Shown here: positions 49,841-59,382 of the stretch, piece by piece | Layout of the letters: each line of letters opens with the position of its first letter | Numbering within the stretch: position 1 is the first letter of the stretch | NCBI GenBank assembly: GCA_010093605.1 | Contig: MU004181.1 | Coordinates: 868,001-932,000, forward strand | Length of the DNA: 64,000 nt | Reading direction: 5' to 3' | Source: Lophium mytilinum | Taxonomy: Eukaryota | Program-made: the position numbers and the translations under genes | Notes under the pieces: model-generated | The model's input: the letters and a program-made list of their open reading frames with translations, nothing else | What the model was told of the DNA's origin: nothing | Database searches by the model: none

Positions 49841-50876
49841 ATGTCTGGCCAATGTTGTGCCGCTGGTGAGATTCACTCTGGTACTCCGACTGGCAAAGTT
49901 GCGAAGGTGCATGGGCTTGACTGTTACATTGCGGAACCAGCGGAAGGAGTGCAGCCAAAGGGCGTAATAGTAATCATTCCGGACTTTTTTGGATGGGAAT
50001 TGCCAAATAATCGTATGCTTGCGGATAGCTATGCAGCCAAAGGCGGCTGGCTTGTGTATTTGCCCGACTTCATGGCAGGTAAGCAGAGTGTTTCTTCGTT
50101 GTTTTCCACCATCTCATGGACTGCTGTCAGTCCTGTTCTTCAATTCTGCTCTGGATTCTTTGTCTTCATTCTCGCTGTTTCGGGGTAGTCGAGATGGGTG
50201 CTGATGTGGTTGCATATAGGCTACGCTGCTCCTGCAGACCTCATCATATCTGTTCGCGGACTTGACGACGGCGGGATCAAAGCATTTTGGCATCTTCTCC
50301 GCGTCATGAGATACTTGATTCCATTCATGATCAAAAACTCTCCATCGGTTGCAAAGCCTCGCATTGTTACTTTCTTTCGCGAACTCAAAAAAGCTGAAGG
50401 TGCAGATCTTCCTGTCGGCACTGCCGGGTTTTGTTGGGTACGTAACTTACCCTTGATCTCGCTACTAGCAATATGATTGTGGTGCTAAGACTTCCTAGGG
50501 CGGCAAATACACAACTCTCCTGGCGCATGACGAAGAGAGGGAGAATGGCAAATCTCTGGTCGACTGCACATACACTGCCCATCCCTCCAGCCTTGCTGTT
50601 CCAAACGATATCACTAAGATCAGAAAACCGACTAGCATTGCTGCCGGATCACTGGATAAGCGCTTTCCAAAGACTCAAGTCGACGAGTGCGAGGCTATCC
50701 TGAAGGCGAAAACGGAGAAGGGTGAGGGTGAACACGAGGTTGTCTGGTACGAGGGCGCTCACCACGGATTCGCAGTCCGTGGAAGTAAGACTGACCCTGT
50801 GGAGAGCGAGAGAGGCTTGCAAGCAGAGGCTCAGGCTATTGCTTGGTTCGAGAAGTGCTTTGCGAAGGCAAAGTGA
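49841..50876 (+). CDS. Dienelactone hydrolase family protein
   Basis: MSGQCCAAG, IIPDFFGWELPN, YLPDF, GTAGFCW|GGK nucleophile motif, AHPS and HHGFAVRG; two introns. Confidence 0.9.
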
Positions 50877-51199
50877 CGGAAGATAGATTAGTGAGCGTCT
50901 AGAGCAATATCCCCCGTAGGACGGCAATTCACTAAGAGATGCTATACACTTCCAGCGATAACTAATGCGATGATCCTGCAATACTTCGTATATATGTCAC
51001 AGCGAAAGTGATTCATTCGTTACTCTAAAAGTGAATCAAAACGATGAGAGATCACGTGCTGACGCGAATGCCAAGGCTCTTCGCTGCCGCACTTCAAACT
51101 TAACCTCCACTCTCTTCGCGACCTTTCCTCGACGCCTTTTCCCGCAGCAAAAACAAACAGCACCATAAACCATCACAACGAAGTCGCTAGCTATTCGTC

Positions 51200-52214
51200 A
51201 TGTCGAATAACCAGCATACCGTTGTTGCGCTCAAATCTGCGTTCCTCCGCGCGCAGACGCGTATCCTCTCACAAGAGCTCCGTCCATCTGAGCGATGGCG
51301 CGACGGTGCAGGATCTATACCTGAGCGCATCATACGGGATGTCACACTTGAAAGTGAGTAAACTCGTCGTTATGATCGTGTAAATATGCTCTGGCCGCGT
51401 CGCCTGCGTTTATCAGTTTCTGAGAAACCATGCACAATGTCGCGTGCATATCTAAACGCTACATGTGTTCTTTTCGCCAATATCTCAGTTGTCACTTTTA
51501 ATGCGAGACTTATAGACTGACCAATCCGTAGCTAATCGGCTCATGCGACGCCATACTAAAACAGCCTACGGCGCTTTATCGATCCGCTATGTTGCAGAGC
51601 AAATCGACCAGCTGTACTGGAACCTTGCTGCCCCAGATATCGAAGTCAGAGATGCCATCGATGCAGACGACTCTGAGTCCAATGGCGTTCTGCGGGTTGG
51701 TGACGATCTCACGTTGGACGAGTATGTATAGAATAAAAATCTCTCCTTTAAATCATTCATCTAGTATCAGTCAAGTGTATTTACTGACAAACATAGGAAC
51801 ATCGCGAAGCTTCCACCGACTTGGGAAGACGCCTCCTCCGACCAAGAGTCCTCGACCGGAGATGTAGCTACCAATCAGGAAGGATACCTAGCCGCTGTCA
51901 CTCAGCTGCAATCCCTATCAGCCCAACGACAGGCGCTTTCGCAAAAGCTTTCTAATTACCACACTCTGCTCGCCTTGCTAGAGCCATATCGTAAGCCACA
52001 GGAGAGCATTCAACCGAACCTAGTCACTCGAGATGCGCCGCTTGGTACTGAACTAGCGAAGACCCGCACCTTGGCTATCAGAGTGGCTGGAAGAGTTCAA
52101 GAGAAGTTTGGAGAGAGTAGAGAGGTAGACGAGACGGAGACCCATGAAGACGAAATTGTGGAGGATGTTTTGGACGATAGCGAGAAGCTGAAGGACATCA
52201 TGGCAGGGTGGTAG
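51200..52214 (+). CDS. fta4: Kinetochore Sim4-complex subunit Fta4
   Basis: TVVALKSAFLRAQTRILS, VAEQIDQLYW and LLEPYRKPQESIQPNLVTRD..ELAKTRTLAIRVAGRV; introns ~51354-51531 and ~51723-51796. Confidence 0.8.
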
Positions 52215-52617
52215 TGAAAGCTGCCTACCTCATACGTCAATCCTTTTGCCACCGTCAACAGTGCCTCAGCGCGCCTTGAAACTCTGAATGAGTTGTAGGA
52301 ATAGGATCGTGATCAATTCGCTAAGTCGCAGGGCCACTCCGGTAGCAGCATCCAACAGTCAGAAGACTAGTGGTCCTTCCCGTTCCTGACACGATGTCTA
52401 TTCGATCGTAATTACCCCCTCTTATGTACTTTCCATGCGTTTTATGGCCTTCCTTCAATTGGCGCATCATTACCTTCTACGCCAGCTATCAGACTATCCC
52501 CATCGTTACAACATCTCCGGCACCGCCGTTCGTTAATTAGCACATATCGAAAACCATATCACTACTATCATATCGCAATCGTCAATCACTATCGAAACAG
52601 GAACCCCTCTTTCTGAA

Positions 52618-54084
52618 ATGGCCCGTCCGCGGAATCGTTTGGGTGGAGTGCAACCGCCGTCGAGGGACCCCCAACAGGACGAGGTCATGGTTGACGCGGA
52701 TGATATGGCTCCAGAGTTCACCGAAGATACGCAAGAAAGCGAAAGAGAGCGTTCGTCAACACCTAGCGATAATCCCGATAGGCGCGAAGGCGAAAGAGAG
52801 TCTACTCCAGCACCTAGTGAATATCGCGATTGGCGTGATGCGAGTTGGCAACGATTAGGCACGAATCTGGAACAGGCTATTGATACAGAAACGGTCGACG
52901 AGGATGGCGGGATAGCCCTGGATAGAGCACCGCTTCACCCTTCCCTTCTACCGTCTCAGCCAATGGAATCCGTAGAGTCGACGCAGCCTCATTCCAGTCG
53001 GTGGACAATCGGCGATCATGTACAGAGCATCAGCGACAGGCCGAAGAAGGGTTTTAAACGCCCTCGGTCCAGTACGATCCTTAAAGGGTCTACTGAAGAA
53101 TGGACAGCCAAACGGGTTCGATCAAAGGAGGAACCAGAGGATTTTATGATAGGACAAACTAGCAATCAGCCTCCGTCAGATACGAGCTTGACCGCTCCTG
53201 CTATGGAACGGACTGGAAATCGACCACCGTCAAAGCCGGACGTGGACGTTCTTGCTATGGAATGGAATGGCACTCGATCTAGGTCCAGAGAGGTTCGAAA
53301 CGCTCTCGCTATAGCGAAGAGTAGCATCCGTCCCCCGACAGAAAAAGCGATCAAGAAGCCCCGTTTGACGGGGGTTCCTCCAGGAATAGGTGCTGTAGAG
53401 ATGGCATCAACACGTCTCGTGGAGTATGCGCGTACTGGAGAAAGCACACTACGTTCGAGTTCTAAATTGCCATCGTCGGATACCGTAGATGTGGTTGCTA
53501 AAACTTTTGCGACGTTAGGTCGTCTCGAGCAGCGTCAAGGTATGAGTCGCGACGACGCCATGGCTTTTTTTGATGAAGCTGAGGGTCATGTGGAGGAACT
53601 GAGGAGGGGAGTCCGTCTAAATCGGGCTCCAACTCGTGTTGATACACCAGGCAGCCCATCACCGTCCGACGATGAGGTCAAGAGCCTGGAGAAGCGACAA
53701 GCGGAATTGATTGCTGAGGTGGAGAGGTACAAGAGAATTGCTTCGGAGTCGGGTATCGATATACCCCTATTGGCAGACCGTTCAGCCAATCCAGGCCAAT
53801 CCTCGACATACCCTACTGCAACGCCATGGAATCCTGGCCCATCGCCCCGTACACCACCTTCCGCACCTGAGACTGCGGAAAATCAACCCCCGCGAATCCC
53901 AAACCCTAGTCCAAACCGAGCTTCACGTCCATCCATCTCATTGCTTAGTTCGTCCGATCTCCTAAATACTTCTCCGCCCGGCAACCCGTTGGTTGACGCC
54001 CTGCGCCGTAGACCGCCTGAGGAGTTCTACCGCGATCCCAAGACAAATAAGTATGGTGTTCGCAAGCGGCGTAGGCATCACTAA
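52618..54084 (+). CDS. Hypothetical disordered protein with a short coiled coil
   Basis: 488-aa intronless ORF, S/P/R/E-rich, basic C-terminus (VRKRRRHH); no recognisable family. Confidence 0.55.
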   Translation: MARPRNRLGGVQPPSRDPQQDEVMVDADDMAPEFTEDTQESERERSSTPSDNPDRREGERESTPAPSEYRDWRDASWQRLGTNLEQAIDTETVDEDGGIALDRAPLHPSLLPSQPMESVESTQPHSSRWTIGDHVQSISDRPKKGFKRPRSSTILKGSTEEWTAKRVRSKEEPEDFMIGQTSNQPPSDTSLTAPAMERTGNRPPSKPDVDVLAMEWNGTRSRSREVRNALAIAKSSIRPPTEKAIKKPRLTGVPPGIGAVEMASTRLVEYARTGESTLRSSSKLPSSDTVDVVAKTFATLGRLEQRQGMSRDDAMAFFDEAEGHVEELRRGVRLNRAPTRVDTPGSPSPSDDEVKSLEKRQAELIAEVERYKRIASESGIDIPLLADRSANPGQSSTYPTATPWNPGPSPRTPPSAPETAENQPPRIPNPSPNRASRPSISLLSSSDLLNTSPPGNPLVDALRRRPPEEFYRDPKTNKYGVRKRRRHH

Positions 54085-54549
54085 AGTCAGGCCTACAGTC
54101 TGTCACTCGCAGCTAGAATTTGTTTATTGTGTCCGTCTCTTAATGCGTGACCGTGCCAGAGATCTCTCGTAGATGCGTGGTGACATAGGTAGCAATGTGA
54201 GATGCCGTAGGGCTTATATCAGGTGGGGCATCCCAATATTTTGCTTAGCTGCCTGACGCTGTGGGGTGCTTCAATGGTGTGTTCGGGACTCGGTGGTAAT
54301 GTTAAATTCTACTACGTGCAAATCAGACGCGAAATCACGCCGTATTTCTAGCTACATGGTCATGTCTGGGGTGGCCTACAGGTTCGTAGTTATTCGGAAG
54401 TGAGGTGGCAGATCATACACTGTGTCCCGGACCAGACATCAGAGCACTTTCCACCTACTTGACGGTGTCGGGGGTCCTCCAGAGGTGTGTCAAGAATCCA
54501 CTTGCATCTTGGAAACTCTCAAATCTACCCAATACCCACGACCTAGTTC

Positions 54550-54728
54550 AAAGCGTCTGGCAATAACATGCCAAAACCGAGTTCAGATTGCACGGACTGG
54601 CTCCAATTCATACATCTCGCACCCCCTAGGTCGATCCATTTTGCAAGTCCTGATTTAAAGCGTCTGAAAATAATATGCCAAAACCGAGTGCAAATCAACC
54701 CATCTTCCGTGTCCCAACTCAAAGCGTC
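54550..54728. repeat. Short degenerate direct repeat (~36-bp unit, 107-bp spacing)
   Basis: AAAGCGTCTGGCAATAACATGCCAAAACCGAGTTCA (54550) vs AAAGCGTCTGAAAATAATATGCCAAAACCGAGTGCA (54657); partial AAAGCGTC at 54721. Confidence 0.75.
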
Positions 54729-55152
54729 ACTTTATACATCTCACATATGCAAGAGATGCTCTAATTCTCCGGTCTGGTCTGGAGTGTTGGAGAAGATGTA
54801 AGACTAAACAGGCAGAGTAGCCCACCCCGCAAGTATGCAAGGTTCGGATGTCCCCTTACATGTTACCAGCGCAGCAAAAGCTTGTATATTCTATTTGCAG
54901 AGCATTATTGTCGATTACGAGGCGATCTTTCAGCACAAGGCCTCAGCACAATTATTGATTCCTTAGCCGCACGTGCTTTTTACCACAAGAGATGCAGAGA
55001 CTTGATTCGTGGAGGTTCGCTCCTCCCTTTGCACGGGAGCTCTTGGCCGATTAGGGGAAATGTGATTGTATAATGAGCTGCTTTGCGACAATGATTATAT
55101 TTCTTGACAAGACCTTCTACATTACTTGAACCCATCCCCCTCATCCGAAAAC

Positions 55153-55701
55153 ATGAAGAATCTAGTCACGTTCACCGTCTTTCTGGTTCTGAGCCTAGCC
55201 ACTCCCACTCCCGTAGACAAGAGCGCCGTTTGCTACTGCGAACCGCCAATCTGCGCTCTCGAGCTCATCACTGTACGTCAACAGACTCCTCAAAGCGAAG
55301 ACCTATCCTGACAATCAGCAAAACAGGAATGTAAATGCAAAAACGCCGCCGCCCTGTCCTGCTACACGGATTACCTCGCGCAAGGCATCGCATGCCCTAG
55401 CCCTACACCCTCCGTAAGCCCACCCCATCCCCAACCGCACTGACCAAACTAAAAACATCCTCAGCCCTGCGGTGCCATCCTCATCCGTACCAAATTCCCC
55501 ATCCCCACTTCTACCGCGACCGCCATTCACTGTGGCGGCCTCCTCGGCCTGCCATGTCCCGAAGGCTTCATCTGTATCGACGATACTAGCGACAGCTGTG
55601 ATCATAGGAACGGTGGTACGGGCTGCAACGATGTCTGCGTCTATCGCGAGACCACGGGGAAGATTCCGTGTGGAGGGTTTGAGGGGGTAGCGTGTTGGTA
55701 G
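55153..55701 (+). CDS. Small secreted cysteine-rich protein (147 aa, 16 Cys)
   Basis: Exons 55153-55272, 55327-55413 and 55465-55701 with canonical splice sites; signal peptide; CGGLLGLPCPEGFICIDDTSDSCDHRNGGTGCNDVCV module. Confidence 0.8.
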
Positions 55702-56073
55702 TAGGTATCAGAAAGCTAGTACGGGAAAGTGACAATTGGAAAGCGTACAAGATACTTGATGGATCAGTACGCTATGATTGCAATGAAGAGAACGAATGAG
55801 GGAAGTGGAGTTTGATGCGGGAGAATTATTGTATAAGGAAGCTGGAGGTACTGGAGTGCTGCGGAATCTAAGTCAGCATCTGTGCGTTAGCGTGCTTTTT
55901 CGATACAGCTGCGAGTTCACAGGCACGAAATTTCTTTGGGGGTCATCGAACTTTGCATTACCGATGATCTAAAAAAAGCGCCTTTATTCCTCGCACCACA
56001 CGATTCAGTGTCTCGTCATGGATATCAGTGTACTCGCCTGCCACGGTATGTGGGACTTCAACGTACTAATATA

Positions 56074-56781
56074 GAGGTGGTTACGGGCTCGTGCACGCTA
56101 CCAGCTCGTGCACGGTTTCTTTTAACCGCAACACTAGATTTTAGCACTCTAATAGAATTAGCTAATATTTTAGAAGTAGATATTTCTAAGCTTATAATTT
56201 AGTAATTTTAAAGAATTATAGAAAAATATCTATTTTCTATAAACTTATTAAAGATTTAATAAACTTATTTAAAAGTAGTATTTCTTTAATATTAATATAT
56301 TTTATTAATAATATAATAAAAAATTCTATTCTATAGCTTATTATATAGTATAAAAGCTATTAAAGACTTTTTATAAAGTAATAGTAAGTAAAAGTATAGT
56401 AAAACTACTATATTTTATAAATACTATTTAAAACTACTTCTTTATAGAATATTATAGTAGTTTTTAATCTAGAAAGCTATACTATACTTTTATAATATAG
56501 AGTAAAGTATATATTTTATATATTTAAATTAAAGAAGTAATTTATATTTCTTTAGTACTATTATATTTTTATTAAAAGATTTTAGTTCTATAACTTTTAA
56601 GTCTAATATTTCTATTAGTAATTAATATTTTATAGAGAAAATTATTCTATTAATATTCTAGTATATACTATATACTACTGTTAAATTTCTAGCTTATTCT
56701 ATAAGAGCGTTGCTATATAATCTAATTTTACTAGGGAGAGCGTGTACGAGCCGGTAGCGTGCACGAGCCGGAAAGCACTTC
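56074..56781. mobile_element. Non-autonomous Tc1/mariner (pogo/Fot1-like) TIR element with RIP-degraded interior
   Basis: 41-bp imperfect TIRs (35/41 match) flanked by TA on both sides (56072-73, 56782-83); internal direct repeat GCTCGTGCACG within the TIR; extremely AT/TpA-rich core. Confidence 0.85.
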
Positions 56782-57469
56782 TAACTCGAGTGCAGCGGAT
56801 ACACTCCAATCAACAGATGCGTCGATTGGATACGGAGACCGTGGTTACGTTTTGGGTCTCTGTCGTTAAAAGGCGTCAACCCAGCAGGGTAAGATGTGCG
56901 ACAGATGAAAGATAGCACCGACGAGAGTGCAAAGATCATGTTCAACCAAGACCATGTGACCCATTGCTGATGTAATTTACGTGAGACCAGAGGCTCTTCG
57001 CAAAGCCTACGGTGCTCAGTGTGACAGATGTAAAGGCAGCGTGTTGTACCAAAGCTCCGAATTGCCCCCCGATCCTTGATGTATACAGTGAACTGTGTTG
57101 TTCTGCACTGCAAGCTCTGGTCCAGGGTGTGCGTCGAATCAACATCGCTTTTTGGTTGCAAATCAGGCACCCGAAAAACGTATGCTGAAAGGGCTTGTGA
57201 ATCAGGCCGAACTTGGAATAGAAAAGCGAGAGGTCAAGAATCAGACCTGATATCTCTTGGTGTTATCGATGTTTCAAGGATAGTCGAGGGGTGCTTCAAG
57301 AGATCTTTTATGTCGTCAAACGTCCTCGATTCTTCGCCAATATCATCGTTGCTTCTCCGCCGACATCGTCGTCGTTCTGAGAACCCCCAATCGAGTGTGA
57401 CGAATGCCCCCAAATTAAACAATCCTTTTCCTTGCCGTGGTATCGATCCCATACGCCCGCATTACCCAT

Positions 57470-58300
57470 TCAACCCAGCATACTCCTCTTCCTCCCCCTC
57501 ATCCTCACATCCTCCAGCCTCCTCAACACCACCTTCGCCCCCTTATAGCTCTCCCCATACGCCCTCAGCACCTCCCGAAACAGCGGCTCGGCCACCGGAT
57601 GCGTCGCCGCAAACGCGCGCTCGAGCACATACAGATCCACCGCCCGATCCTCATCCTGAATCGACTGTGTCGCAAGCCCGAAGTCAATGAGGACGATCTC
57701 CCCATCCAGACCCTCAAGCCCCGCCGTATGATGCCCTCCTCCCGTCTCGAAATGCTCTTGTGCCTTCTCCCCCTCCTTCCTCCTTACCATCAAATTACTC
57801 GTCGTCAAATCCCCATGACAAACACCCACCTCATGCATCCTTCCCACCGCCCTCCCCACTCTCCCCATCAACCCCATCAGCACCTCCTCTCTCTGTCCGT
57901 CTTTCTGCTCCCCGGGTGGGTGAGAGGGCGGGTGCGAGGGCGTATACCCATCCAACACCCCCCTAACCGTCCCCCCCTCCACCCACCCCAACGCCACCCA
58001 CCCCTCCTCGACCCCCACCGCCACCACCTCCGGCACCTGCACCCCCTCGCGCGCACACTTCACCAACACACGTGCTTCCGCTAATAACCGCGCGCGCGTG
58101 AGGCGCTTGTCGAGCAGCGGATGGCGGTAGGGTTTCGGGGGGCGGTATTTCAGCGCGACGGGGGTGGCGGCGTTGAGGAGAGTGGTGCGGAAGACGAGGG
58201 CTTCGGCGCCTTGGGTGAGGAGGGTGAGGGGGGAGTGGGTGAAGGGGGATGGGAGGGGGAGGGGGGTAGTGGCGCCGATTGTTGGCGGGGCGGTGGACAT
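57470..58300 (-). CDS. bud32: Bud32/PRPK atypical kinase (EKC/KEOPS complex)
   Basis: QGAEA, KYRPPKPYRHPLLDKRLTRAR, HGDLTTSNL, LIDFGL, EDRAVDLYVLERAF and RMRGRKRSMLG; likely start MSTAPP at 58300. Confidence 0.95.
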   Translation of the reverse strand: MSTAPPTIGATTPLPLPSPFTHSPLTLLTQGAEALVFRTTLLNAATPVALKYRPPKPYRHPLLDKRLTRARLLAEARVLVKCAREGVQVPEVVAVGVEEGWVALGWVEGGTVRGVLDGYTPSHPPSHPPGEQKDGQREEVLMGLMGRVGRAVGRMHEVGVCHGDLTTSNLMVRRKEGEKAQEHFETGGGHHTAGLEGLDGEIVLIDFGLATQSIQDEDRAVDLYVLERAFAATHPVAEPLFREVLRAYGESYKGAKVVLRRLEDVRMRGRKRSMLG

Positions 58301-59382
58301 TGTGGGGTTGGGGGTTTGGAGGAGAGGGTCGGAGGAGGGTTGGAGGAGGTTCGGAGAGGTAGCTAAGTGGGTTGGCGGTTGTGGATGTCGTTTTAGTGAG
58401 GTAAGGTGTAGAATGTTGATCTTGATGGGGTTTGATATTATGGGCTTGGCGGGGACATTGGATGGAGGTTCTGACCCCACTATGGGTGGGGTGGCTTCAA
58501 GTGTCAAATCGGCAGCCAGGAAGACCGCTAACGTGCCTTCAAATGAACACAGAAGCTTTCAGAGCTCATTCCCCCAATTCTCAAATGTGTCTGGGGAGTC
58601 TCCCATACTTGTCAATATTGCCAAAAGCGTTCACAGAGTAAATGCACAGCAAATCCACGCAATCCACCAAATTGTCAAAATGAGTGTGTTCGCATTTATC
58701 GTCCTACATGCCGCCTTCCCTTTCACCATTCGTTTTGCAAATGCCCTCCTTAATGCCTTGACCCTAATCCGCCGTGAACCGGATCCCCCTCAGAAAACAA
58801 AGAAAGCCAAAAGCAGCAACACCCCACCCATCGCCATAACATGCCTTGTGCGAGAAAAAGAAGCCAAGAAGAGGGGGCGAAGGACGAAAGATTGGAAAAG
58901 GAGTGCAGGAAAACCCATACAGCCGCAGGCTAGCAGGTTTTCCTTTTTCGAGCAGAGAAATCAATGCATCCTCCTCCGCCCTCCCTGGCGCCTCTTGGGG
59001 AATCCCTAGTATAAAATCCGCAGGGGTTTGGTTGGTCGAGTAGCTAAGACTCAGACGGACCCATGATTGCAATTGAGGCCAGAAACGAAACAAGACCGCG
59101 AGACCGCATGCTCATTAAAACAAGGATCACGTAAACACAAGGAAAATGGGGTGTCGTGAAGAAAGTAGAAGAGTAAAAGGAGCCACCAAAGCTTGTAAGA
59201 GCCACGAAAGCGAAGAAGAAGAGTCGAGCAAACCGCGCGTTGTTGCGGCACGGGTTCGCACGAGAAGGAGTTAAACAGGTAAGAAAATCATGATGATTGG
59301 TCGTTAAGTTAAAACATCGACAGTATGGACAAAGAAGAGACTCCGGACTCGAGATCTACCCGATCCAGGCTGCGCTCCTCCC

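Noticed and set aside
58301..58507. N-terminal extension of the 345-aa Bud32 ORF
   Set aside because: It starts at a non-ATG codon in low-complexity skewed sequence; ATG 58300 gives a normal-length Bud32.
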